A program made the position numbers and the translations under genes. The notes below the pieces were generated by a model. It saw nothing but the letters and a program-made list of their open reading frames with translations, made no database searches and was not told the origin of the DNA. Positions 27,672 through 41,391 of a DNA stretch of 64,000 nt are shown in pieces (within the stretch, counting starts at the first letter, position 1; each line of letters starts with the position of its first letter). The stretch is from Candidatus Paceibacter sp. Its GTDB lineage: Bacteria > Patescibacteriota > Minisyncoccia > Phycocordibacterales > GCA-2747955. The DNA lies in assembly GCA_014237915.1 (NCBI GenBank), contig JABACC010000006.1, positions 9,510 through 73,509 of the forward strand, read 5' to 3'.

Positions 27672-28112
27672 ATGGAAAACGTTAGACAAGAAAAAAGGCT
27701 GACAGAACAACCAGTATTTAAAATTTTTGCAATACAAGTGTTAGCTGGAGGAATAACTTTTTTGGCTACAGGAAGCCTAGAATCTAGCTTAAACTACATC
27801 TTCTACTCCGGCCTCGTCTTCGGCACCTTCCTCGGCACCCACTTCTCCAACTCCACCAGCTCCACCAAATACACCGTCTTATCCGCCCTCGCCGCCGCCT
27901 TCGCCGCCTCCGTCGCCGCCTACGTCGCCCTCGCCAAATCCACCATCTTCGCCGTCATCTTCGCCGTCTTATCCGCCCTCGCCGCCGCCTTCGCCGCCAA
28001 GGAAAAAGATGGTAAATTAACTTTCTGGGGTTTTTTTGAGCAACTTCCTTTGGGAATATTTTTCATCCCTCATGCAATTGAGAGTTGTCTTGCCAAGAGA
28101 AAAAAAAAATAA
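27672..28112 (+). CDS. small Ala-rich multi-TM membrane protein containing an about 210-bp block of NNC-only codons
   Basis: 146 aa. Codons 27801..28004 are almost all NNC: Ala GCC, Leu CTC, Val GTC, Gly GGC, Thr ACC, Ser TCC/AGC, Phe TTC, Ile ATC, Tyr TAC. An exact 33-nt internal repeat ttatccgccctcgccgccgccttcgccgcc appears twice. The ORF edges are normal AT-rich sequence. Confidence 0.45.
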   Translation: MENVRQEKRLTEQPVFKIFAIQVLAGGITFLATGSLESSLNYIFYSGLVFGTFLGTHFSNSTSSTKYTVLSALAAAFAASVAAYVALAKSTIFAVIFAVLSALAAAFAAKEKDGKLTFWGFFEQLPLGIFFIPHAIESCLAKRKKK

Positions 28113-28635
28113 TAAAAAAAATATAATGTTCTTTTAGCGGGCCCCGCAAGGGCCCGCCAAAACACTCACACCTGTGAGTGTTTTTTATTAATTTTTTATT
28201 TTATAAAATTTTTTTTGGCGGATTTACCGAAGGCAAATCCGCCAAAAAATTTTAATAACAAGTTATCAAATTTTTTTATAAAAAAATATTGACTTTGTCT
28301 TCTAAATAAATATAATGGCTTCCACTTGTTTTTTTTATTTTTTTTATTTTGTAGTTTAAAAAATAAAAAGCAGGTTTGAACTTTGAAAATTAAATAGTCT
28401 TTTCAATCTCTAGAAAAATTTTTTAAATTTTTTTAGGGAAACAAAAGCAGGTAAAATTAAATTTTTACTGAACGAATACAAACTCAAACAAACAAACAAA
28501 CTCGTGTTTTTAAGATTTTTTTTAGAAAAAAATCTAGGTTTTTAAAACTCATAAAAACCGACCCAGAAAATTACTTTTTAAATTTTTTTAAAATTTAAAA
28601 AGTAAAAATTATATCTTTGAAATTTTCTAATGAAA

Positions 28636-31945
<3,310 letters not shown>

Positions 31946-32054
31946 TTTTCATTAGGAAATTTTAAGGATATAATTTTGTATTTTATTTTACAGAAAGTTA
32001 ATTCCTGTTTTTGAAAAGACTATTTAATTTTTAAGGTTATTAAAAATATTTTAT

Positions 32055-32160
32055 TCTGGTGCTTTGTCGGAGGGGTAACACCTGTTTCCATTCCGAACAC
32101 AGAAGTTAAGACCTCTAGAGCCGATGGTACTGCCTTGCGGGAGAGTAGGCAGGCGCCGGA
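32055..32160 (+). rRNA. rrf: 5S ribosomal RNA
   Basis: ccattccgaacacagaagttaag...gccgatggtactg...gagagtaggcaggcgcc. The ends pair with each other. Confidence 0.85.
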
Positions 32161-32273
32161 ATAAAGTATTTTTTTTTGTTTAAAATTTTTTTTTAAAAAA
32201 TTTTAAAACAAATTTTTAAAAAAATTTGTTTTTCTTTTTTAAAAATATATAATATAAAAATATTTAAAATTTT

Positions 32274-32948
32274 ATGAAAATATTTTTCTTAACATTATTT
32301 ATTTTATTTCTAGGTTTTCTAGGTTTTTCAAGTTTATCTTTTTCTAATAATTCAGGTTGGGATGTTTCTTGGATTTCTTCGGGGTCATCTTTTTCTTCAA
32401 GTAAATTAATTTCTAATTTAAACCATTTAAATAATACAAAAGTAAAAACACCTCCAAAATGTGAGGGAGCCTTAACTTGGAACGGAAGTAATTGGGGATG
32501 CATAAATTCTACACTAGTTGCAAGAGCTCCAATTCCAGCAGATGATTCTAATTCTCCAAATCCAGATTCTGGATCAGAAACGACACATAAAGAAACACAC
32601 AGAAAGACTACTTACAAAACTTCTTCTTCTGGAAAAAGAAAAAACTCAGACACCGTAGGAGAGAAGTCCGACCTTGCTAGCTGTAGCTCAGGAACTTTAA
32701 TTTCTTGTGATAGTGTTTCGGTATCGAATGCAAAAGAAAAAAATAATCCAGAGTTTTCAATTTATAAATCAGGAAATAGCTGTTATGGAAAAATAGTTTC
32801 AGCTTCAGAATCTGACGATGCGTGTACACCAGGACATATTTGTTATATGAGCCTTTCTATGACTTGTTCAGGAGAGCCTGAAAATAATTTTGATAAAAAT
32901 ATAGACCTTTTAGAATCGAATATTAATTCTAACGGGCAATTACGTTAA
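32274..32948 (+). CDS. secreted protein, family member 1 (signal peptide + 'SSKLISNLNHL...C.GALTWNGSNWGC' module + Cys/Ser-rich region)
   Basis: Signal peptide. Shares the motif S(S/A)KLxxNLNxL...K...P..C...L.W.GS.W.C with 33121..34236 and 41828..42073. Confidence 0.55.
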   Translation: MKIFFLTLFILFLGFLGFSSLSFSNNSGWDVSWISSGSSFSSSKLISNLNHLNNTKVKTPPKCEGALTWNGSNWGCINSTLVARAPIPADDSNSPNPDSGSETTHKETHRKTTYKTSSSGKRKNSDTVGEKSDLASCSSGTLISCDSVSVSNAKEKNNPEFSIYKSGNSCYGKIVSASESDDACTPGHICYMSLSMTCSGEPENNFDKNIDLLESNINSNGQLR

Positions 32949-33120
32949 TTTTAAAAATTAATTTTAAAAACTATGTTTTTCTTAAACATAGTTTTTTATT
33001 TTTAAATAAAAATAATTTAAAAAAAATTTAATTATTTTAATAAATAAAAAAATATTTAATTTTAAAATTTTGTTTTTTTATTTTTATTGTATATAATTTA
33101 AATATTAATTATATTTACAA

Positions 33121-34236
33121 ATGAAAAAATTTATCATATTTTTTATAATAATTTTTAGTTTTTCAGGAAGTGCTTTTTCTGCTTTAAATACTTCTTCATT
33201 TAGTAAAGGTAAAACAATAGAATCTTCAAGCTTAAAATCAGCCTTAAATAGTATAGATTCTGACAAAGTTAATAAACCAGGAAATTGTAATGGAGCTTTA
33301 GGATGGAGCGGTTCAAACTGGCTTTGTAATTGTGTAATTGGAGATATTAGTGACGGGAAAATTGTAAAAGATGGAGAATCTTTTGATTTTTATGAAAGGG
33401 CTTCTAGTAACACATGCGGCACAGAAAAAAGAACTTGTAATAATGGTGTTCTTTCTGGAAGAGCTACTCATGAAACTTGTCAGCTAACAAATTCTGTTGA
33501 TCCTGTTTGTGGAACTTCTTTAAATTCTTGTGAGGTAGGTAAATTTAAAAATGAAACTAACTATAAGTATGCACAGTCATGGTCGTGTGTAGAAGAAGAT
33601 CAGGAAATACAATGTGATGGTTATTTTGATGCTGGAGTTATGCGTTCAGATTTATATTGGGGATGTTCAGGATCAAAAGTTACTTGTAAAAATTCAGACG
33701 GAGATGAAATGGGTGATTGGAGTTGCAACAACGCAGATCATTTAGGTAAAAAACCAGCAACTTGTCCAACAGGAAATACCAACATCAACACCAACACCAA
33801 CAATAACAATGTCTCAGATCCAGCTCCAGTTGAACCTACAGCTACACCAGTGAATGGAAAATGTGGAAGTTCTGTAAACTCTTGTTCATTTGGAGATTTT
33901 AAAAATGTAACCGATTGGAATTATACGGAAGTCTGGAAATGTGCTGGAGAAAATGGAGGATCATCAGCTACGTGTAACGGGTGGGATCACGCAAAAAACA
34001 TGCGATCAGATTTGTATTGGAGTATTGGAAATTGGGGAACTTGCTCAAGTTCTAAACAAACAAGAAATGTTATTTGTAAAAATTCAAGCGGAAATACTTT
34101 AGGAGATTGGAGTTGTAGTAAAGCAAGCCATTTAGGAAGTAAGCCGGCAGAAGAAAAAGCTTGTGTTATTAATAATAATTCAGGAGGCGGAGGAGGAAAT
34201 AAAGATATTAATAATCAAAATTTTAATCTTCATTAA
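33121..34236 (+). CDS. secreted protein, family member 2, with two internal ~100-aa Cys-rich repeats and an N/T-rich linker
   Basis: 'SSSLKSALNSIDSDKVNKPGNCNGALGWSGSNWLC'. Internal repeats '...CGTSLNSCEVGKFKNETNYKY...MRSDLYWGCSGSKVTCKNSDGDEMGDWSCNNADHLGKKPATC' and '...CGSSVNSCSFGDFKNVTDWNY...MRSDLYWSIGNWGTC...ICKNSSGNTLGDWSCSKASHLGSKPAEEKAC'. Confidence 0.55.
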   Translation: MKKFIIFFIIIFSFSGSAFSALNTSSFSKGKTIESSSLKSALNSIDSDKVNKPGNCNGALGWSGSNWLCNCVIGDISDGKIVKDGESFDFYERASSNTCGTEKRTCNNGVLSGRATHETCQLTNSVDPVCGTSLNSCEVGKFKNETNYKYAQSWSCVEEDQEIQCDGYFDAGVMRSDLYWGCSGSKVTCKNSDGDEMGDWSCNNADHLGKKPATCPTGNTNINTNTNNNNVSDPAPVEPTATPVNGKCGSSVNSCSFGDFKNVTDWNYTEVWKCAGENGGSSATCNGWDHAKNMRSDLYWSIGNWGTCSSSKQTRNVICKNSSGNTLGDWSCSKASHLGSKPAEEKACVINNNSGGGGGNKDINNQNFNLH

Positions 34237-34305
34237 AAAATTTAATAAAATACCATAATTCACATTTTCTTTTTTGTATAAAGCCAATTTTGGTATAATA
34301 GAAAA

Positions 34306-36054
34306 ATGTTAGATTCTAATGTAGAAAATGTAAAATCTAGACTTTCCATTGATGACGTAATTTCTGGATATTTGAAATTAGAAAAAGCAGGATCTTCACT
34401 TAGAGCAAAATGCCCTTTTCATGCAGACAAATCTCCATCTTTTTATGTTTCACCGCAAAGAGGAATTTATAAATGTTTTGGTTGCGGAAAATCTGGAGAT
34501 ATTTTTAATTTTGTTGGAGAATATGAAGGATTAAGTTTTCCAGAAACTTTGGAAAAACTTGCTCAAAAAGCTGGAGTTGTTTTAGAAAAGAAAAATTTTT
34601 CAGAAAGTGGAAAAAAAAATAATAAAATTTTGGATTGTTTGGAAGATTTGACAATTTTTTGGCAAAAAAATTTATTAAAAAATTCTGAAGTAAAAAATTA
34701 CTTGAAAAAAAGAGGGCTTGATGAAAAGCTTGTTAAACAATTTAAAGTAGGTTATGCAAAAGATTCTTGGAATGAAACTTTTTTATATTTAAAAAATAAA
34801 AGTTACTCAGAAGAAATTTTAGAAAAAGCAGGAATTATAAAAAAAGTAGAAGGAGGAAAAATTTACGATCGCTTTAGAAATAGAATTATTTTTCCAATTT
34901 TTGATGTTAACGGAAAAGTTGTGGCTTTTTCCGGAAGAGATTTTTCTGGAAAAAAAGATATTGCAAAATATTTAAATTCTCCAGAAACTATTTTTTTTAA
35001 TAAATCAGAAATTTTATTTGGTTTCAATTTTGCAAAATTTAAAATTAGAGAATTTGGTTTTACAATTGTTGTCGAAGGTCAGATGGATCTTTTAATGTCT
35101 CATAAAATTGGTTATTCAAACTCTGTTGCAAGCTCAGGGACATCGCTAACCGAAGGGCATTTAAAAAAAATTTTACCAATTTCAGATAAAATAGTTTTTT
35201 GTTATGACGGAGATGATGCGGGGGAGGAAGCATCTTATCGCGGAGCAGTTAAAGCGCTTTCTTTGGGGTTTAATGTTAAGGTGGCTGATTTTCCAGAAAA
35301 AAAAGATCCAGCAGACGTTATTTTAAAAGATCCAGAAGATTATAAAAAAATTATTAAAGATTCTTTGGATATTATTAATTTTTACACAAATAGAATAATC
35401 AAAAAAAATATTTCCCTACACGAGAAAATAAAATTACTGGAAGAAAAAATAATTCCCCTTATTTTTAATGTTAAAAATCCAATGGAAAGAGAAGTTTATA
35501 TAAATTCTATAGCTAAAAATTTTGAGATTGGCAATGAATCTATTTTAAAAAGTTTAAATATTTATAAAGAAAATTTTGAAGAAGAAAAAAAGAAAACAAA
35601 TTTTAGGAAAAAATTTCAAGAGAAAAATGAGAACCAAAACATTGAAAAAAAAACAGAGAAAGGTATAATAGAGCCCGTAAAAGAAAAAATTTTAAAACAG
35701 CTTATTGGTATTTATTTTTGGCAAAAAAATATTGCCAGAAAAGATGATTTTAAAATAAATGAAAATGATCTTGAAAAAATAATTGAAAATATTGAAGTGA
35801 AAAATTTTTCTGACAAGTTAGAAAAAAAAGATTTAGATAAAATTTCTTTCGACATGGAGATATTATATTTAGATACAGATAAAAAAGTTTTAGAAAAAGA
35901 AGTTAATGAACTTTTTTTAAGACTTTCAGAGTTTTTAAAAAAAGAAGAATTTGAAAATCTTCAGAGAAAATTAAAACAAGCGGAACTTTCCAAAGATTTA
36001 AATCTTCTAGAGAAGATTAAAAAAAAGATAAACGATTTATATAAAAATATTTAA
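34306..36054 (+). CDS. dnaG: DNA primase
   Basis: Zn ribbon 'CPFHADKSPSFYVSPQRGIYKCFGCGKSGD'. TOPRIM 'VVEGQMDLLM...DGDDAG'. Confidence 0.85.
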   Translation: MLDSNVENVKSRLSIDDVISGYLKLEKAGSSLRAKCPFHADKSPSFYVSPQRGIYKCFGCGKSGDIFNFVGEYEGLSFPETLEKLAQKAGVVLEKKNFSESGKKNNKILDCLEDLTIFWQKNLLKNSEVKNYLKKRGLDEKLVKQFKVGYAKDSWNETFLYLKNKSYSEEILEKAGIIKKVEGGKIYDRFRNRIIFPIFDVNGKVVAFSGRDFSGKKDIAKYLNSPETIFFNKSEILFGFNFAKFKIREFGFTIVVEGQMDLLMSHKIGYSNSVASSGTSLTEGHLKKILPISDKIVFCYDGDDAGEEASYRGAVKALSLGFNVKVADFPEKKDPADVILKDPEDYKKIIKDSLDIINFYTNRIIKKNISLHEKIKLLEEKIIPLIFNVKNPMEREVYINSIAKNFEIGNESILKSLNIYKENFEEEKKKTNFRKKFQEKNENQNIEKKTEKGIIEPVKEKILKQLIGIYFWQKNIARKDDFKINENDLEKIIENIEVKNFSDKLEKKDLDKISFDMEILYLDTDKKVLEKEVNELFLRLSEFLKKEEFENLQRKLKQAELSKDLNLLEKIKKKINDLYKNI

Positions 36055-36060
36055 AAAAAT

Positions 36061-37275
36061 ATGGCAATTAAAAAAGACGAAAAAAAAGTTTCTTCTAAAA
36101 AGGTTTTGAAAAAAATGGAAAAAACGAAAAAAGTTAAAAAAACTGTTAATAAAAAAACAGTTATTAAACCTGCCAAGAAAATAAAAAAACTAGCTTTAAA
36201 GAAAAACACTAAGATTAAAAAAAAAACGGAGAAAAAACTAAAAAAAAAATTAGTTAAAAAAACAAAAAAAGTTCTAAATAAAAAAGAAAAAATTTCAGAG
36301 AAAAAAACGGAAAAAAAAATGTCTGAAAAACAAATGAATGATTTTTTAAATGATGGTTTTTTAGGAGATGAAATTTTTGATACAGAAGAAAATGATCTTT
36401 TATCGTCTATTTCAAAAAAAGATAAAAAACATGATTCGATACAAATTTATCTAAAAGAAATTGGGAAACATAGCTTAATTAATAACGAGGTTGAAGTAAA
36501 ATTGGCAAAAAGAATTTTAAAAGGAGACGAGCTTGCCAAACAAGCTTTAGCTCAGGCAAATTTAAGACTTGTTGTTTCTATCGCAAAAAAATATGTAAAT
36601 AGGTCTGATTTGCAGCTTTTAGATTTAATCCAAGAAGGAAATATAGGGCTTTATAAAGCTATTGAAAAATTTGATTTTACCAAAGGTTATAAATTTTCAA
36701 CCTACGCAACTTGGTGGATAAGGCAAGCAGTAACAAGAGCTTTGGCTGACCAGTCAAAAACTATTCGTGTTCCTGTGCACATGGTGGAAACTATCACAAA
36801 ATATAAACAAGTTTTAAGAAGACTAACTCAAGATTTAGGCCGACATCCAATGCCTGAAGAAATTTCTATAGAAATGGAGCTTGATTTAAACAAAGTTCAC
36901 AATATTATGCAGATAGATCAAAGTATAGTTTCTTTAGAAACTCCAATCGGAGGAGATGGAGAAGACGGAAAAACAGTTTTATCTGATTTTATCTCTGATG
37001 AAATGTCAAACGGAGATATGGTTTCAAGCCCAGAGTCAGACGCTACAAACAGACTATTACGAGAAGAAATTTTAAAAGTTTTAGAATCACTTTCAGAAAA
37101 AGAAAAAAGAATCTTAGAAATGAGACACGGGCTCATTGACGGAGTTTTTCATACTTTAGAAGAAGTTGGATCTGAATTTGGGGTAACTCGGGAAAGAATT
37201 AGGCAAATTGAGGCAAAAGCTCACGAAAAAATTAGAAAATCAAAAGAATCAGATAGGTTAAAAGATTTTTTCTAA
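36061..37275 (+). CDS. rpoD: RNA polymerase sigma factor RpoD (sigma-70)
   Basis: Region 2.x '[27 protein letters not shown]'. Region 4 HTH '[22 protein letters not shown]'. Lys-rich N-terminal extension. Confidence 0.85.
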   Translation: MAIKKDEKKVSSKKVLKKMEKTKKVKKTVNKKTVIKPAKKIKKLALKKNTKIKKKTEKKLKKKLVKKTKKVLNKKEKISEKKTEKKMSEKQMNDFLNDGFLGDEIFDTEENDLLSSISKKDKKHDSIQIYLKEIGKHSLINNEVEVKLAKRILKGDELAKQALAQANLRLVVSIAKKYVNRSDLQLLDLIQEGNIGLYKAIEKFDFTKGYKFSTYATWWIRQAVTRALADQSKTIRVPVHMVETITKYKQVLRRLTQDLGRHPMPEEISIEMELDLNKVHNIMQIDQSIVSLETPIGGDGEDGKTVLSDFISDEMSNGDMVSSPESDATNRLLREEILKVLESLSEKEKRILEMRHGLIDGVFHTLEEVGSEFGVTRERIRQIEAKAHEKIRKSKESDRLKDFF

Positions 37276-37294
37276 AAATTATTTTTGAAATTTT

Positions 37295-38017
37295 ATGAAA
37301 GATTTACATATTAGTTTAAAACCAGATATTATTTTTGATTTTTTTGGTTTGCCAATTACAAACTCTTTTTTGTTGGCTCTTTTATCAAGTATTGTTTTAG
37401 TTTTTTTGCTTTGGTTTTTTTCTCGTAATTTTAAAATTATACCTTCTAAAACTCAGCTTGTTTTTGAAATTTTTTCTGAAGGAATAAAAAATTATGTTGA
37501 TGGAGTTTTAGATAATGAAAAAATGACAAAAGTTATAGCTCCTTTTATCCTCTCTGTTTTTTTATTTATTTTCTTTTTAAATATTTTTAAATTTTTTCCT
37601 GGAATTGAAAGTCTGAAATTTGAAGGACATCATTTTTTCAGAGCCACACATTCTGATTTAAATATGACAATGGCCCTTTCTTTTGTGGCTTTTATTTTAA
37701 TTCAGTATTTCGGTTTTTTTGTACTAGGTTTTAATGGATATTCTAAAAAATTTTTAAATTTTAAAAAACCACTTTCAATTCCGCTGGGGCTTGTGGAGCT
37801 TATTTCTGAGTTTGCAAAATTGATTTCTTTAGGATTTAGGCTTTTTGGAAATATTTTAGTTGGAGGAATTTTACTTTTACTTTTAGGGCAAATTTTTCAT
37901 TTTTTACTTCCTCTCCCAATAATTTTCTTTGAAATTTTCGTGGCCCTTTTGCAAGCATCAATTTTTTCAATTTTGACTTTATTTTATATTAAATTAGCGA
38001 TCTCTCCCGCACATTAG
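37295..38017 (+). CDS. atpB: F0F1 ATP synthase subunit a
   Basis: Conserved Arg context 'LGFRLFGNILVGGILL'. 5 to 6 TM segments. Confidence 0.8.
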   Translation: MKDLHISLKPDIIFDFFGLPITNSFLLALLSSIVLVFLLWFFSRNFKIIPSKTQLVFEIFSEGIKNYVDGVLDNEKMTKVIAPFILSVFLFIFFLNIFKFFPGIESLKFEGHHFFRATHSDLNMTMALSFVAFILIQYFGFFVLGFNGYSKKFLNFKKPLSIPLGLVELISEFAKLISLGFRLFGNILVGGILLLLLGQIFHFLLPLPIIFFEIFVALLQASIFSILTLFYIKLAISPAH

Positions 38018-38093
38018 TTTTTAAATTTTATTTTTTTAAAATTAATTTTGTGTTAAAATATTTTTTAATTATTATTTTTAAAAAATTTAAATT

Positions 38094-38300
38094 ATGGAAA
38101 TAGCAATAGCAAAAGCAATTATCGTTGGTCTTGGAGTTTTAGGGCCTGCAATAGGAATTGGAATGGTTTTTTCAAAAGCACTTGAGGGAATTTCTAGAAA
38201 CCCTGAAGCTTCAAATAAGATTGTTCCTTTTATGTTTGTGGGAGCTGGAATGATTGAACTTTTCGGTCTGGCTGCAATCGGATTATTTTTTGTCATATAA
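38094..38300 (+). CDS. atpE: F0F1 ATP synthase subunit c
   Basis: 68 aa hairpin proteolipid. Conserved Glu in 'GAGMIELFGLAAIGL'. Confidence 0.85.
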   Translation: MEIAIAKAIIVGLGVLGPAIGIGMVFSKALEGISRNPEASNKIVPFMFVGAGMIELFGLAAIGLFFVI

Positions 38301-38325
38301 AAAAGACAAATTTTAAAATAAAAAA

Positions 38326-38769
38326 ATGGAACAATTAATAAATTCTTTTGGTTTAGACTTTAAAATTTTTGCCTCTGAGGTAGTTAATTTTTTAATTGTT
38401 ATTGTTTTAATTTATTGGATTTTTTATAAAAAAATATTTTCAATTTTAGAAGAAAGAAAAGAAGTTATAAAAAAAGGAGTTGAAAAAAGTGAAAAAGCGG
38501 AAAATATTTTAAAGGAAACAGAACAAGACAGAAGTAACATTTTAAAAAAAAGCAGAGAGGAGGCATCTGAAATTATTTCACTTTCAAAACAAAATGCGGA
38601 AGAAAACGCAGAGCAGATTAAAGAAAATGCTAAAAAGGAAGCGTTTGATATTTTAGAAAAATTTAAAAAATCTGGGGAAGAAGAAAAAAAAAAAATAATT
38701 TCTTCCTCAAAAGATGAAATTGCAAAAAACATAGCTTTGGGAATGGAGAAAGTTATTCAGGAAAAATAG
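38326..38769 (+). CDS. atpF: F0F1 ATP synthase subunit b
   Basis: N-terminal TM then long charged helix; typical b-subunit architecture. Followed by the terminator 38793..38817 (gcgtgcccc-ttcg-gggcacgc). Confidence 0.7.
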   Translation: MEQLINSFGLDFKIFASEVVNFLIVIVLIYWIFYKKIFSILEERKEVIKKGVEKSEKAENILKETEQDRSNILKKSREEASEIISLSKQNAEENAEQIKENAKKEAFDILEKFKKSGEEEKKKIISSSKDEIAKNIALGMEKVIQEK

Positions 38770-38844
38770 TTTGGAAAAAATTTTACAGAAAAAGCGTGCC
38801 CCTTCGGGGCACGCTTTTTCTGTAAATTTTTTTTATGATAAAAT

Positions 38845-40026
38845 ATGAGAATGAAAAAAATTTATCTCGATTATGCAGCCTCAACTCCAATAAATATTTT
38901 ATCTTTTTTAGGAATGTTAAAAAATTCTTTCTTTTTTTATGCCAATCCTTCGGCTAAAAATGCTTTTGGAAAATTATCAAAAAAAAGATTAGAAGAGAGA
39001 AGATTTTGGTTAAAAAATTTAATAAAAGCTTCAGATCCTGAAGAAATTATTTTTACTTCAGGGGGAACAGAATCAAACTCGCTTGCCATTTATTCTTTTT
39101 TTAAAAATTTACAAAAAGAAGGAAAAAGTCTAAAAGATTTTTCAGCTCTAACTTCTACCATTGAACATTCTTCGGTTTTAGATACTTTTAAATCTTTAGA
39201 AGAAGATGGCCTTGAAGTTCATTATATAAAAATTAAAGAAAATGGAGTTTTAGATCTTAAAGATTTGGAGGAAAAAATAAAAAACAATACAATTTTTTGT
39301 TCTTTTATGGCAGTCAACAACGAAACCGGCGCAATTTTTCCATTAAAAAAAATTTCAGAGATTTTAAAAAAAGCAGAAGAAAAATTTTCAATTGAAAAAA
39401 TTTTCTTTCACACAGATTCTTGCCAAATGCCACTTTATTTTAAAATAGATGTAAATTCTTTAGGAATTGATATGATGAGTTTTTGTGCTCAAAAAATTTA
39501 TGGCCCAAAAGGAATTGGTTTTTTGTATAAAAGAAAAAGTGTAAAACTTAAAGGAATTTTTGGAGGTTCTCAAGAATTTGGACTTCGAGGTGGAACCCAG
39601 CCAACTTTTTTAATTTCAGCCATGGTAAACGCTTTTCGTGAAGGAAAAGAGAATATGGAAAATTTTAATAAAAAAATGCTTTCTTTGAAAGAATTTTTTT
39701 TGGAAGAGTTAGACAAAGAAAATGTTTTTTATAAAATAAATGGAGACAAAAATTTTTGTGTTTCTGCTATTTTAAATTTAACTTTTCCAAAAATAAATTT
39801 AGGAAGTGATGAAATAGTTTTTTTACTTTCAGAAGAGAATATTTTTGTGAGTTCAAAATCAGCCTGTATTGCAGGAGATAAAAAAGAATCTTACGTTGTG
39901 GCACAAATGCTTGGAGAAGAAGCAAAAAATTCTTTAAGATTTTCAATGGGAAGAAAAACAAAAAAAAGTGATTTAAAAAAAGTGGTAAAAGTTTTGAAAA
40001 AAATTCAAGAAAAACAAAAAATTTAG
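38845..40026 (+). CDS. Cysteine desulfurase (class V aminotransferase, NifS/IscS-like)
   Basis: 'LDYAASTP'. PLP-Lys context 'SFCAQKIYGPKGIGFLY'. Confidence 0.75.
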   Translation: MRMKKIYLDYAASTPINILSFLGMLKNSFFFYANPSAKNAFGKLSKKRLEERRFWLKNLIKASDPEEIIFTSGGTESNSLAIYSFFKNLQKEGKSLKDFSALTSTIEHSSVLDTFKSLEEDGLEVHYIKIKENGVLDLKDLEEKIKNNTIFCSFMAVNNETGAIFPLKKISEILKKAEEKFSIEKIFFHTDSCQMPLYFKIDVNSLGIDMMSFCAQKIYGPKGIGFLYKRKSVKLKGIFGGSQEFGLRGGTQPTFLISAMVNAFREGKENMENFNKKMLSLKEFFLEELDKENVFYKINGDKNFCVSAILNLTFPKINLGSDEIVFLLSEENIFVSSKSACIAGDKKESYVVAQMLGEEAKNSLRFSMGRKTKKSDLKKVVKVLKKIQEKQKI

Positions 40027-40071
40027 TTTTTTATTTATCTTAATTTTTTAAAATTTGTTATAATTTTTTTA

Positions 40072-41385
40072 ATGTTTAAAGAAAGAATAAAAAAATCAAT
40101 CCCACTTTTTTTTATAATTATTATTTTCCTAATTTTAATTCCCGTTACTGCTTTTTTAAGTTTCGAGGCTGGCTACAAAGAAGGTTTTAATTATTATAGT
40201 TTAGAAAAATTTTCTTTTTTAAGTGGAAAAGAAAATCAAATTGAAAAAACAGAAAATTTAGATTTTGATTATTTTTGGCAAGCCTGGGCACTTTTAGATG
40301 AGAATTTTGTGGATACAAAATCTGACGGAGAAAAAAAAGATCTTAGCTCTGAGGATAAACTTTGGGGAGCTATAAAAGGTTTAGCTTCATCTTATGGTGA
40401 TCCTTATACAAACTTTCTACCCCCAGAAGAAAACGAAACTTTTGAAGAAGATATTAACGGATCCTTTGGAGGAATTGGTGTAGAAATTTCAAACAGAAAC
40501 GGATATTTAACAGTCATCTCACCGCTTGTGGGAACCCCAGCTTTTAAAGCTGGAATGAGACCAAGAGATATTATTTCTACTATCGATGGAAAAAAATCTG
40601 CGGAATTTTCTTCTACTCAAGCTGCAAAACTGATAAGAGGTGAAGAAGGAACAGAAGTTGTTTTAGGAATTTTAAGAAGCGGAGAATCAAAAGAGATTGA
40701 GATAAAAATCATTAGAGATATTATAAAAATTCCAACAATAGAAACTGAAATTATTGATGATGTTTTTATCATAAAACTTTTCACATTTAACATAGATTCG
40801 AACGAGTTATTTACAGAAGCAATGTTTGAATTTAAAGATTCTGGTAAGAAAAATTTATTAATAGACCTTCGTGGAAACCCAGGTGGCCTTCTATCTTCAG
40901 CGGTTTATATCGCTAGTTTTTTCATCGAAAAAGGTGAGGTTGTTGTTTTAGAAGATTATGATGGAAAAAGAGAAGACAGAGAAAGCGTCTCGTACGGCCT
41001 CGCAACGTTAAGTGAAAATATAAAAATAGCTATTTTACAAGACGAAGGCTCAGCTTCAGCTTCAGAAATTTTAGCAGGCTCACTTTCGGCACACAATAGA
41101 GCTTTAATTTTAGGAAGAAATTCTTTTGGTAAAGGATCAGTTCAGAGACTCGTGGATCTTTCAAAAGATACTTCTTTGAAAATTACAGTTGCAAGATGGC
41201 TTTTGCCAAACGGAGAATCAATTCCAGAAGATGGAATTTCTCCAGATATTGAAATTGGAGATATTGAGTTATATGAAGATTTAGAAAATGATAATGATTT
41301 TGAAAAAATTAAAGATGGTGAACTGAAAGACGCTCTTGAAATTTTTTCCAGAGAAGACTTTAAAGAATTATTAGAAAAAAAATAA
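40072..41385 (+). CDS. C-terminal processing peptidase (S41, Ctp/Prc family)
   Basis: PDZ 'GGIGVEI'. 'LIDLRGNPGGLL'. Catalytic Ser region 'GSASASEILAG' and Lys. Confidence 0.8.
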   Translation: MFKERIKKSIPLFFIIIIFLILIPVTAFLSFEAGYKEGFNYYSLEKFSFLSGKENQIEKTENLDFDYFWQAWALLDENFVDTKSDGEKKDLSSEDKLWGAIKGLASSYGDPYTNFLPPEENETFEEDINGSFGGIGVEISNRNGYLTVISPLVGTPAFKAGMRPRDIISTIDGKKSAEFSSTQAAKLIRGEEGTEVVLGILRSGESKEIEIKIIRDIIKIPTIETEIIDDVFIIKLFTFNIDSNELFTEAMFEFKDSGKKNLLIDLRGNPGGLLSSAVYIASFFIEKGEVVVLEDYDGKREDRESVSYGLATLSENIKIAILQDEGSASASEILAGSLSAHNRALILGRNSFGKGSVQRLVDLSKDTSLKITVARWLLPNGESIPEDGISPDIEIGDIELYEDLENDNDFEKIKDGELKDALEIFSREDFKELLEKK

Positions 41386-41391
41386 AAAATT

